64,000 nt of DNA, from contig JBHGNT010000001.1 in the NCBI GenBank assembly GCA_043228905.1, forward strand, positions 21,948,001 to 22,012,000, written 5' to 3'. Position 1 is the first letter of the stretch. Every line of letters begins with the position of its first letter. Position numbers and translations under genes: made by a program. The stretch comes from Azolla caroliniana. Its lineage: Eukaryota > Plantae > Polypodiophyta. This document shows, piece by piece, positions 49,014-62,135 of this stretch. The notes beneath the pieces were generated by a model. The model saw only the letters and a program-made list of their open reading frames with translations. It made no database searches and had not been told where the DNA came from.

Positions 49014-51164
49014 ATGGAAAATCAACCTGAGGCTAACAACATGATGATGATGTTCGAACGGATGCTTCAGGAACAACGTGTGATGTCGGAGATAGCGGCG
49101 GCAGTAGAGCAGCTCGTGCAACGGATCAGGAAATTCAACGGAAAGGACGTATCACGCTATCTTCGGGACTACAAGGTGGAAATGCTACGGTGCCGGATTT
49201 CGGAAGGACTGCAAGTGGCATCCTTCAACTGGGTGGCTACCGACGGGCTTCAAGCGAGTATCCACATGCTACGACAACAAAATCCGACGTGGGAAGCATT
49301 TGAAGAGGCGCTAAAGACCATGTTCGCTATCGAGGACTCCTCCAAGGCAACGCGGAGAGGATTTGAGGATTGGGTAGAAACCCCGGACAAGGGGATGAAG
49401 GTCCTCGATGTGTTTTCGGCATTCGAAAGTTGGTTCGAGATGTTGTCTGCAAGAGATCAAGCTATCCTCGCACCGGACAAAGTTATCATGTTCTTACGAG
49501 CCGTAGATGTTCGGGACCGGAAGGATCTTGGAGTGCTTCTAGAGGACCTGACTATCGAGAGTGGCCTCACCGAAACATGGGAAAGCATGTGGGATATCGT
49601 CGCGCGATACAAAAAGAGGAGGTGATGGCTTGCCAATGAAGAAAAGAGGGTTTCGGAACTGATTCCGAAACCGAGATTCGGATCGGAAGACCATCAACTG
49701 TGAGCTCGGGAAGCTACGATTGAGAAGGGAATCGATGCAACTATGGTGGAGCAGTTGCTGAAGGAGATGGAGAATCTAAAAATCGCGATGGTGAACAAGT
49801 CGGATGACCGTGCCACAAGTTCCAAGTATATGGACCGTCGATGCATATGGTGCGGTAGCACCGAACATGATCGGAGGGATTGCGACGAGCACAAGGAAAT
49901 GCTACGACAGGATCTTATCTACTACGAGGGAAATCGGATTCATTCGATGGACTCTCGGAAGCCGCTCCAACCGAACTTCCGAAAAGGGGATTGCGACGAG
50001 CACAAGGAAACGCTACGACAGGATCTTATCTACTACGAGGGAAATCGGATTCATTCGATGGACTCTCGGAAGCCGCTCCGACTGAACTTCCGAAAAGGCG
50101 GCATGAAGAAGTTCCTAGAGGAGGAAATAGCGGCGAAGAACAATTACGCGACAACCTCGGGAATACGTGTCGGGGAGTCATCGGGAGCAAAGGTGTCTTT
50201 TGGGCCGGAAGTACTAGAAAACACCGAGAAAACCGACTCTAACGAGATCCGAAGCACCGTGGAAGGCATCTGGGAAGCTACGGGATGGGAGTGCCCTGTC
50301 GATAAGAATAGCGTGTTTGCTTTATGCCAATTGCATGAAGTGTATGTAGATGAGAAGCGACGGCGCACAGATGAGGCGGCCGGTCCATCGAAGAAACCGG
50401 AAAGCTAGAACTCCGGAGGTAAGGGAAAAGAAAAGATGATTCCGGCATTCAAGCTCGCCTCAGACATTGAACAACAAACGGACTTGAAAAAGGTGTTCGA
50501 GGAGAGAATCCTTGATAGCCGGGTAGATTTTTCGCTTCGAGAATTACTTGGAATAGCGAAGGAGTTCCACAACCTTCTTGTGGATCTCGTGAAGAGAAAA
50601 AGGCAAAGTACGGAGGAGAACACTCCAAGGGTGAATGCAAATACTGTTCTAATGAATGACACCGAATTGGAGGACGAAATACCAAATTCTCACTACACAA
50701 AGCCACATTGGGCACGCGCAACTATGGAGACTCCGGTCCGAATTGGTAGCATCAAAGAACCCTTGCTAGCATTGATTGATCACAGATCGGAGATCAACTT
50801 GATATCCAAGGAATTCTACCGGAAGGGTAAGTGGCCTATTAACACCAATCATGGATGGAAGATCCGGGTGGCCACTAAAGCAACGGAAGATCTATTTGCG
50901 GCTTGTCCGGATGTGATGGTGAAGATCGGGGATCTCGAGATCGACCAAAATTTCTTCGTACAAGACGAGGTCTCACACTTCGTGATCCTCAGGCAACCCT
51001 TTATCACGGCATCACGGATGGAGACGAAGGTGCTCGATAGCGGTGCGGCTTTTGCGCGAATTCGGAGCCAAAACGGAGGGAAATCCGTCCAATTCCTAAC
51101 GGTGCCGGCAAATCATGAAAGGAACAAGAGAGAGCTCTTGTCCCAAACAAGAATGGATTTTTAG
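49014..51164 (+). pseudogene. gag: G3 gag-protease with a 111-bp in-frame duplication (49876-50097)
   Basis: FNGKDVSRYL, CIWCGSTEHDRRDC, ALIDHRSE; several stops. Confidence 0.88.
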
Positions 51165-54100
51165 AGCGGACTGTTGCAGAGTGGGGAAGTGATAGTCTGA
51201 GAAGCCCTGATACCCCACACAGGAAGAAACCTCTCGGTGCAAAACAAGTACGAATCGGTCCAGATGGGGCATCCACGTACACGGCCGTAACCAGAGGAAT
51301 GAAGAAAGAATACCGGAAAGTGGAGGATAATTTACGGTCGGCATCAATAATAAAAGAAGATGAAGAAATCGTGGGAATAGTCGAAGAGGTGTTCTATGGG
51401 AGCACACTACAATGGCTTGAAGAGCTCGCTGAAGATACAAGCCAGGGAAACCGGGTAATTCTGGTGGAGTCGGTCGAGATGTACGAGATCATTGTGAAAA
51501 TGGGGCCGGATGCGCTCCGCAAAGAAGAAGCAATGGTAAGTACGAAATACAAGACCGTTACCCGCAGATAGCGAACAAAAGAGGAAAGAAGTCTCGGGGG
51601 ATCCGACACTTCGGAAGTTCATGGATATCGGACATGCCTTCACGGATGAGACCTGGAAGAAAATTCGGATCGGTGGAGGTGGGTTCCTATTAAAGAATGA
51701 AGAAGAACGATTCCGTGGGATGCTAGAGCAACATGGGAGAGCATTTGCATTTGCATTTACATCGAAAGAAATAGGATGTGCTGACCCGAAGATAGTGGAG
51801 CCGATGGTGATCTTCACGATTGACCATGTGTCGTGGAACCTGAAGCCGATTCCGGTGCCACGGGCGCATATTCCGAAAATCATCGACTTGCTCAAGGAGA
51901 AGGTGGCAATGGGGATTCTAGAGCCATCAAATGCTCCATACTCAAATCAATGGTTTACGGTTCCGAAGAAGAATGGGTCACTCTGATTTATTCAAGATTT
52001 GCAACCGGTAAACAAGGTAACGATTCGGAACTCCGGAGTTGGTCCGATAGTGGACGAATTTGCGGAAGCATTTGCCGGTCGCGCGATATACTCCATCAGA
52101 GACCTATACTCTGGATATGACCAATTCCAACTAGCCGTGGAGAGCCGAGACATCACTACCATGTGGACACCGATAGGATTAGTCCGGATGTGTACGCTAC
52201 CACAAGGCGCGACGAACTCAATCACACATATGATGAATGCAATGAACAAGGTGCTCCGGGATTGCATACCAGAGATAACGATGCCGTTCCTCGATGACAT
52301 TCCGATGAAAGGGTGTGCGGTGGAAGAAAAGGATGAAGCTATGGATGAACGGGGATGCCGAAGGTTTGTAGTCAACCTTATCCGTGATTGTGAGAAAATG
52401 TTATGGAAGTTAGAAGATGTGCATCTAACACTTTCTGGAGAGAAATCGGCATTCAGACAAGAAGAAATATTGGTAGTCGGACATCTATGTGGGCCCTACA
52501 GCCGAAGACCGTCACCAATCAAGATCGATGTGATTCAAGCTACGAAAGAAATATGTGAGTCACAATCCGAAGTCCGAAGGTTTCTTGGAGCATGTGCATT
52601 CTATCACATATGGATTCCACACTACGCACATATTGCGGACCCGCTCTATCACTTGTTGCGGAAGGGGAAGAAGTTCGAATTGAAACCGGAGCATACGAAA
52701 GCCATGAAGAAGCTCAAGAAATCACTACGGAAGGCAGAAGCACTAAAGAAGCCGAACAATGACCAACTGATCATAGTAACGGTTGACACAAGTCCAACCG
52801 GAATCGGATGGGTCATCAATCAAGCTGATCCGGAAGGTTCGCGATATCCGATCCGATTCGGAGCAAAGGTTCTCAACGAAAGGCAATGCGGATATGCACA
52901 AGTTAAAAGAGAATTATGGGGAGTCGTGTCGGCAATCAAATCGGATCGAGATTATTTGATCGGAGCCGAAGTAGTGATCGAAACGGATTGTCTTCCGATA
53001 CTTGGGATGATGCGGTGTTGCACGATACCGGATGTGGCTATGCTAAGATGGATTGCATATGTTAAGTTCCTTAATCCGGAGATAAGACACATCTCTGGAA
53101 AAGACAATGTTGTAGTGGATATGCTATCAAGGGTGCGGTTCGGAGATGACATAACTGAATCCGATAATGAAGAAGTTTTCGAAGACTACTTTGCTTCGGA
53201 GCACATATGCCGGGTGGACGTAATCAAAGAATTCTGGGAAGAAGAGTACGAGGGAGAAAGCTTGTTGATCGGGAAAATGCTATGAGAAATCGAGGAATCA
53301 TCGGACAATAAAGAGAAGAGAGCCGAGATCCGAAGTAAGAAACGACAAGTCCGAAAGTTCTTCTTGAAAAATGGATTTTTATGGAGGGAGCCGAAAAGAC
53401 CGGGTGGCATACCACTTCGAGTAGTCGGGACAAAAGAGCAATGAAACCGGGTAATGTCCGAATTTCACGAATCCGATTGGGTTGGACATCGAGGAACATG
53501 GGCAACATTTGGGAAGATCAAGTAAAGATATTGGTGGAAAAATATGTACAAAGATGTCGCGGAGTTCACGGAAAGCTGCGAGAAGTATCAAATCTACTCC
53601 GGAGTTTGACACCGAGATGAGTTACATCCGACATTCTCACTGACAATCAACTTCAAATGGATGGTCGACATTGTAGCCATGCCAACCGGGATCGGACAAA
53701 AGAAATACTTGGTGTTAGCTCGGGAAGATCTCACAAATCAAGTAGAAGGTTGGGCGCTACGAAGAAAAACGTGTTCTGCAGTATGCCAATTTCTTTTGGA
53801 AGAAGTGTTTTGCAGGTACGGGTGCGTAGGACAAGTGATTGCGGATCGGGGAGAACTTGACTTTGATAAAGCTAGGGAATTCTTCGCCAAACATGGAGTT
53901 CGGTGAACACTAACAAGGGCATACAATCCGGAAGCCAACGGGAAGGTCGAGCGAGGACATAGTCCGATCGTCAAAGCACTTGCCAAAACATGCGTCAGAA
54001 GGGTGAAGGATTGGCCGCAGATGCTTCCGTATGCACTATGGGCGGATCGGACGACGCATAGCTCCGTAATCGGTTACATGCTGGCAGAACTTATGACTGG

Positions 54101-54671
54101 ACAAGCACCGGTAATGCCGACGGAAATCGCAATCGCGACATGGACAATGCTACCATGGAAGGAAGAGATGAGCCGAGAAGAACTACTAGCGGTCCGGATA
54201 CGACAACTGGAGGGAAGACCGGAAGACATAGCGGAAGCAATACGCCGACAACAAGAAGCGCGATTCCGGAATAAAAGCCAGTTCGACACAAAGCACCGAC
54301 TACGACCGCGGAAGATTGAAGAAGGAGATTGGGTCATTGTCTATGACAGTAGTTTGGATCATCAACATACAACGATGCGGATGTTCGCGAAAAGGTGGTT
54401 CGGACCATACGAGGTTCGGAAAGTTTTCGACAACGGAACTTACCGACTATGCGAGTTAGATGGAACAATGCTACGAGTGCCTATAGCCGGGAAACGGGTG
54501 AAGATTTTCAAGAAGCGGACCGATGAAGAACCCTATGTGATCCTAGACAAGACCAACCAGAAGGAGCAATCAAACGAAGATCGCGGTGATGTGGAAAGCG
54601 AAGAAAGTAGATTAGAACTCATCGTCGACTTAAGGGGAGAATCGGAGGAAGCTTCAGATGAAGGTGAATAG
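51155..54671 (+). pseudogene. pol: G3 pol (RT-RNase H-integrase)
   Basis: DLYSGYDQF, MPFLDD, VDTSPTGIG, WMVDIV, ADRGE, WFGPY; stops and frameshifts. Confidence 0.9.
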
Positions 54672-55623
54672 CAAGCATTGGGGACTTCGGCACATACCAG
54701 AGGATGTGGGGGTTCGGAGGGGGCGAGTGTCGTAGTGTAATTCATACACTACGTGAAAAATTACATTTTTGGTCTCTCTGGATAGGACATGGAGTACCCA
54801 GTGAGAATCGGAAGAAGGAACCGGTAAGGACCGAAACCGGCAAGGAGACCCGGCAAGAGCCCGATGAAGAAGGCCGGTGAGAGTTGGTGAGAAACGGACG
54901 AAGAGATCGGTAAGGAGGTCCCGGTAAGAACCGGACAAAGAAAACTATCAAGCACCGGATGAAGCAGAACCGGAAAGAGCCGGATGAAGAAGGTCGGTGA
55001 GAGTCTCTCACCAGATGAAGAGACGTATTTGTAAATAGAAGAAAGTATAAAAATATATATATTACATGCATAGGGCAAGATTCGAACCTTGCACCTCCAT
55101 GTTAATAATGTTAAACCTTATCATTATAGTAGGGTATTATGAATTTTAAAGTTATACTAAACTTTATTCCATGTAAAATTTCTAGACATGCATGGTACAA
55201 AAGTTATTCATGCATAGACACTCGAGTTAAAAAGAAAAGATGAGGTAAAAAGCTAATCATGCACATGCAGTGTGCATGAAAACTAAAGATAGAAAAAGCA
55301 TGATGCTTGCATGTGATAAACTTAGACTCTTCCAACACTATATAAGGAAGAGAGAAAGATGTATAGAGGTTGTTGATTATTTTACAAGGGTTGATTAATA
55401 TAAGATAATCGTGCGATTCACGAATTTGCTAACTATTCTTTCTCTCTTAATTTGATTACTCACTAATACACTATACTCGTGGGATTCACGAGTTTTTCAT
55501 ATCTTTCTTTCTTACAATATATTTCATATTCTTAATTGCCTTAGATTTTTCATTCCTCCTAGTCCAAAACCCCAGCGGTTCCCACCCAACTCACGCAACG
55601 ATCCGGAGCCGTAAGGCACGACA

Positions 55624-58600
55624 ACATGCCACGAGGAGTGGTTCTCATATCTTGAGAAACTGACGCAACCAGGAGTAGTCGCAACCGAAGACGACACTCC
55701 GCATCCGATCGCGAATGTCGGTGAAGTTCCCTTGATCCATGTCGGGCAGAAAGGGAAACTTATGAACATGTTACACGTCCCGACCATCACGAAGAATCTG
55801 GTGTCGGTCGGGCAGATCGTCGACCAGGGGATGCAAGTTCGGTTTACACACCTCAAGTGCTTCATTGAGGAAGAAGGTCGTATTATTGCGCAAGGGCGCA
55901 GAGATGGGAGGATGTTCATCCTCTACTCTACTGATGGTGGCACCACAATGTTGGCGAAGGGACAAAAAGTCGAGTCGGACATCAACTTATGGCACAAGCG
56001 GATAGGCCATGTCAACTACCAATGGTGTCAAGACCTGTAGTCGAAAGAAGTGGTGTTCGGATTGCCCAAATTTCGTGGCCGGAAGACACAAATTTGTGAA
56101 GCCTACCAGCTTGGAAAGCAACACCGACTTCCCTTCCCGAACGAGCGTAACCGGAGCTGGAACAAGCTCGACTTGATACACTCCGATGTGTGGGGGCCGG
56201 TACAAATTGTTAGTCTTGGCGGGAGCTGATATTTCGTCTCCTTCATCGACGACTACACGCGGCACACGTGGATCTACCTCATTGAGAGGAAGAGCGAAGT
56301 CTTCGACTGTTTCCGGGACCTCAAAGGGTTCGTGGAAACGGAAACAGGAAGAAAGATCAAGTGCCTGCGGACGGATGGCGGAAAAGAATACTTTTCCGAT
56401 CAACTCAATGGTTATTTACAACAGATGGGAATTCAGCCCGAATTCAGTTGTAGATACACGCCAGAGCAAAACGGCGTGGCCGAGGGGAAAAATCGGTCGG
56501 TGGTGGAAGCAGCACGGGCAATGCTGGAGGAGAAGAGCTTGCCCAAGTTCTACTGGGCCGAGGCGGTAAGGACCACGGTATATATCCAGAACTGGATCGG
56601 AGACAAAGTGTCGGCGCACGAGCTATATTTCGGAACGAAGCCGAACTTGCGACACTTACGAGTTTTCAGTAGCATTGCGTATGTGCACGTGCCGAAGGAG
56701 AAAAGGAGGAAGTTGGACGCGAAAGCCGAGATGTGTATCTTGGTCAGCTATTCGGATGAGCAGAAGGGTTATAAGTGTTATAACCCGCACACCAAACAAG
56801 CGCGCGTGAGCCGCGACGTTGTGTTTGATGAGTCTACGTCCTGGTACTTGCCTCCGACTCCGGACCTCACCTCCAATCCGAGTTCTAACGATGAGGACAG
56901 CGAGGCCGAGGTTCCTCCGGCTGAGCCTGAAATCGGGACCCCCGAAGAGAGTCCGATTTCGTTTCAATTAAGCGGACCGAATGGACGACTGAGTCGTTTT
57001 GACCAATCCGATGAAGAGCCGGCGAGTAGTGGAGACTCAGCCGTACATTCCCCGCACAGGAAGCCGAGGAGACGGCTCACGCGCAAAGAAAAAGGGAAGA
57101 AGAAGGTGTTGGATTACGGCACGGATAGGAACGAGTCAGATCGACGCGAGTCCAACTCCGAGGGAAGCCATGATGGAGCGAAGTTCGCGTCAGCCGAGAA
57201 GACCTCGACATCGGCTAAAGACCGATTACGCTGATCTACCCGCCAGAAGAACCCAGTTGTGCGGTTCGGATACAACGAGTACATGGTGCATCATTATGCG
57301 TACATGACCCGTGTAGCGGAAGTGCGTGAGCCGGAGAGCTACGCAAAAGCGGCTAATGACATGAATTGGCGCGCCGCGATGGAGGAAGAGATGCACGCAT
57401 TGGCGGAAAATGAGACCTAGGACATGGTTGATGCACCAAAGTGTGTGAAGTCGATCGGATGTAGGTGGGTGTACAAGGTCAAGTACAACACCGACGGCAA
57501 CACGGTCAACCGATATAAGGCCCGCTTAGTAGCGAAAGGCTACGCGTAGAAACACGGCATCGACTACGATGAGACATTTGTGCCAGTTGCGAAGATGACG
57601 ACCGTCCATGTTTTGCTCGCGGTAGCTGCGGCAAAGGGGTGGCACTTACATAAGATGGATGTAAAGAATGCGTTCCTGCAAGGTGAGCTTGAGGAACAAG
57701 TGTACATGGTACAACCCCCCGGATTTCACTCCAAAACGAACACTTCGGCAATGTGCCGATTGAAGAAGTCCCTTTACAGACTGAAGCAAGCCCCGCGTGC
57801 CTGGAACGCGAAGATCACACATCAACTACGTCGAATGGGCTTTGCAACATCAAAATTGGACTCTTCCCTATTCATCCGGAAAGGTCGACTCGGGCCGATT
57901 AGTATTTTACTATATGTTGATGACTTGGTCATCACCGGCGCCGACCTAGGTGAAATCGACCGCGTGAAGCTCTAGCTTGCGGCAGCATCATTCGACATGA
58001 AGGATCTGGGGGACCTTCATTACTTCCTCGGGATCGAAGTGATCCGCACCCCCGAAGGCATATAGATCAGCCAACGTCATTACGCGCTGAATATGCTCTT
58101 CAAATTCGGGATGGTAGATTGTAAGTCCGTCTCGACTCCTCTGGATAGAACCATCAAGCTTCGCCCCGAGTCTTGCAGGGTATGAGACCCGACGAGGTTC
58201 CGACAGATAGTCGGTAGCCTCATATACTTGACCATCACCCGACCCAATCTCAATTATCCGGTCGGGGTGATCAGTCAGTTTATGGCGCGACCTACCGAGG
58301 AGCACCTTCAGTGTGCGCAATGCGTATTGCGGTATGTAAGAGGCACTAAGGACCGGGGACTGCTATATCGGACTAGTACAACCTCGTCGTTGGTCGGCTA
58401 CACCGACGCTAATTGGGCTGGCAACGCCGCCGATCGCTGATCCACGTCCGAATACGCGTTCTCTCTTGGGAGTGTCGCGATCGTGTGGAGTAGTAAGAAC
58501 CAGCCGACAGTTGCACTGTCGAGCACCGAAGCTGAGTACCGAGGAGCGGCTGTCATGACATGCGAAGCCATATGGTTGAAACAACTACTTAAGGACCTAC

Positions 58601-59364
58601 AAGAGGAGGTGTCTGATCCGACGATGATCTACTACGACAACCTCAGCAACATCCAACTTGCCAAGAACCCTGTTTTCCATGCCTGGACTAAGCACATTGA
58701 GGTGCACTACCATTTCGTCCGTGAGCATGTTCTCTCTAGTGAAGTAGAACTTCAGTATGTTCCAATGGATCGGCAACCCGCCGACATCTTCACCAAGCCT
58801 CTTGGTCTGGACAAGTTGCGGCAATTCTCAGGTGCGCTTGGGTTGTGTCACCTCGACGTGCCGAACTTGAGGGGGAGAGGTGTCCCGAATGGTGTCCCAA
58901 ATGACCACGGAACCGAGTCGGATGATGAATTCGATTTCGGATCGGCTGAAGAAGCCGAGGGCGGACCCGGGGAAGAGTCCAAAAGTGGAGACAAAGGGAG
59001 CAGTTGGGAGAAAGAGCCGAAGCCAACCAAGCATGGGGGAGATGACGCCGTCAAGGGCGAGAAGACCGAAGAAGAGTTGGAGACAGCCAACTCGGATGAG
59101 AGCGAAAACCGATCGGAGGTAGTCGAGTCGGTTAAGATGTTCGATTCGGATACGCTGAATCAACCAAGGGCCAAGCAGAAGAGAAGGCGGCATAAGAGGC
59201 GCCAACACTACAATAGCAAGGAAGGTGAGAAGGGCCGTGGGAGCAGACAAGCCGACCGGAAGGGTCGAAGCGCGCGGAGTCGAACAGGCCGAGGAGCATG
59301 AGCAAGGCGTGCAGCCAGGAGAAGCCGGAGGCGGTGGAGCAGGCGGAACCTCAAGTTGAGCTTG
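55624..59364 (+). pseudogene. pol: Element E pol (PR end, integrase, RT, RNase H, charged C-terminal tail)
   Basis: [62 protein letters not shown]. Confidence 0.92.
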
Positions 59365-62135
59365 AGGGGGAGTATTAAGAGACAAGCTCAACATCGGCTG
59401 GATCAGCTGAGCAAGCTGAGGACTAGATCGGTTGGGACCAATCGGTTAGGCCAGACCGGTGCGTAAAACGGGTGCATAAACTAGTACACAGACCGGTGCG
59501 TAGGAAGGCCGTTAGAGAGATATTCCTCGTAAGGAATAGTTTTGGGAGTAAGAGTCAAAGCTCATTTATGAGCAGTTAGGTACTGTCAGTACTTGTGTCA
59601 ACCCGATTGTCAGGGCTTGTATAAAAGTGCTCACTGAGCACATCCTATGTACAGATTGAGTATTATTTTTGAATTAAGTTCTGTGTTTTACTCTCTCTCT
59701 CTGTCTCTCCCGTGTGTACTATGCAAACCTAAGCTTTCCATTAAACCTGCATTTTCTGTTGTTCGGTTTTCCTATATTGCTTCTGCACGCAATTCTTTTT
59801 AGATGTAGATGGGTGTATAAGGTGAAATACAACACAGATGGCTCTGTCAACCACTACAAGGCCCGTTTAGTAGTGAAAGGCTACGCACAGAAGCACGGCG
59901 TGGACTATGACGAGACCTTCATGCATGTCGCGAAGATGACTACCGTGCGAGTCCTACTATCCATAGCGGCGGCACAGGGGTAGCACTTACATCAGATGGA
60001 TGTAAAGAACACGTTCCTGTAAGATGATCTTGAGGAGCAGGTGTACATGGTACAACCCCCCGGATTTCTATCCGAACAAAACACCTCAGTAGTTTGCTGA
60101 TTGAAGAAGTCCTTATATGGACTAAAGCAAGCCCCGCGAGCTTAGAACACAAAGATTACGCAATAGTTGCGTAGGATGGGGTTTGCACTGTCGAAATCAG
60201 ACTCTTCTCTATTTGTTCGGCAAGGTCAATATGGACTGGTGAACCTGCTCTTGTATGTTGATGATCTAGTCATCTCCGGTGCCAACCTTGACAAAATCCA
60301 CCACGTGAATTCTTAGCTTGCGCCTTCGTTTGAAATGAAGGATCTCAGAAACCTTGATTACTTCCTCGGGATTGAACTGATCTGTACCCCTGAAGGCATA
60401 TTGATCAGTCAATGTCATTACGCACTGAATATGCTCTTCAAGTTCGGGATGGCAAACTGTAAGCCCATCTCGACCCCTCTGGATAGAAACGCAAAGCTTC
60501 GCCGAGATTCGGGGAAGGCGTGCAACCCGACACGGTTCCGACAAATTGTCGGAAGCCTTATCTATCTGACGATTACTCGGCTGGATCTTAGTTATCCAGT
60601 CGGCCTAATCAGTCAATTCATGTCGTAGCCTACGGCCAAACACTTTCAGTGCGCGCAACAGATACTACGTTATGTCAACGGCACGAAAGAGATGGCGTTG
60701 TTTTATTGGACAGGCGTAACCGAACAGTTAGTCGGCTACACGGATACCGATTGGGCCGGAAACACCCACGATCGTAGATCCACATCCGGACACGCATTCT
60801 CTCTAGGAAGTGCGGGGATTGCATGGAGCAGTAAGAAGTAGCCGACAGTAGCACTGTTGAGCATGGAGGCCGAGTATCAAGGGGTGACTATCGCTACATG
60901 CGAAGTCATTTGGCTAAAACGGCTATTACAGGATCTGCATGTAGAGGTGTCTGATCCGACGACGATCTTTTGTGACAACCTCACCAATATCCACCTTGCG
61001 AAAAACCCCGTGTTCCACGCCCGGACCAAGCACATTGAGGTGCATTACCATTTTTTCCGTGAGCGGTCCTTTCAGGTGAAGTCGAACTAGTGCATGTTCC
61101 GACGGATCGGCATGTTTCCCACATCTTCACCAAGCGTCTTGGTTGTGACAAGTTACGGCATTTCTCGAGTGAGCTTGGGTTGCGTCACCTTGACACGCTG
61201 AACTTGAGGGGGAGAAAGGAAGAACAGGAACAAGAGTGTGAAAGGAGCGGAGGTGTTCATCACAGCGATGAGGAATCGAACGGAGATTTCGATTTCGAAC
61301 CGGCTGAAGAAGCCGAAGGAAGAAGCAAGGGCCATAATCATAGGAAAGAGTCGAAGATAGCCGAAGAGATAGCCAAAAGTTGTCAAAGGCCTAAAGACAG
61401 GAGACGAATTGGAGACAACCAATTCGGATGAGAGCGGAATTGAATCGGAAGAGTTCGATTCAATCGGAATGTTTGATTCAGATATGCCGAATCAACTGAA
61501 GGCCATGTGGAGAAAAGGGCAGTGGAGGACGCGCCGACACCGCGACAGCAAGGGAGCTGAGAAGGGCAGAACAAGCAAACAAGCCGACCGGAAGGGTCGA
61601 AGCGCACGGAATCGAACGGGTTGAGGAGCGCGAGCAAGGCGTGAAGCCAGAAGGAACCGGAGAGTAGATCCGGAATAGCGGACCGAACCTCAAGTTGAGC
61701 TTGAGGGGGAGTATTGAGTAACAAGCTCAACGTTGGGTGCGTAACACGGTAAGTAACCCAGTGCGTAGACTGTACGCATAACGTAAACTGTAAGTGTGCA
61801 AACACCATGAGGCCGTTAGAAAGATATTCCTCGAAAGGACTAATTTTGGGAGTGAGTGTCACAACTCAATTATGAGTGTCAATTACTGTCAGTACTTGTG
61901 TCAGCCCCATTGTCATGGCTTGTATAAAAGGTTCTCACTGAGCACGGTGTATGTACATAGAGAGTCATTATTTTGAATCTGAGCTTTCTATTGTCTGCTC
62001 TCTCTCTCTCTCTGTCTCTCCCTCTTCATCTCCATCTCTGTGTTTTCTATGTTTTACCGAACTGTCTTATTCCTCCGAACTGTGTACTATGTGTTTACGC
62101 ACACGCTTCTGCACAACGTATTCTTTTACAACTAT

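Larger units (their letters stand above)
48080..55623 (+). mobile_element. Phygy-like Gypsy element G3; 896-bp LTRs 48080-48975 and 54728-55623
   Basis: LTRs differ by about 20 substitutions counted by eye. tRNA-Trp PBS 48980-48997. PPT 54716-54727. TSD ACGT/ACAT in the element E protease (SNHMT|CHEEW). Confidence 0.95.
46643..59801 (+). mobile_element. Bryco/RLC5-like Copia element E; LTRs 46643-47094 and 59373-59801
   Basis: Matching LTRs, PBS at 47095, PPT GAGGGGGAG, decayed TSD AATGC/GATGT in the element D RT (KPIGC|RWVYK). Confidence 0.9.
43693..62130 (+). mobile_element. Bryco/RLC5-like Copia element D; LTRs 43693-44131 and 61712-62130
   Basis: Perfect TSD ACTAT. PBS 44132-44145. Gag ORF 44243-45085. 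Integrase core deleted near 45916. RT-RH resumes at 59807. Confidence 0.93.
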
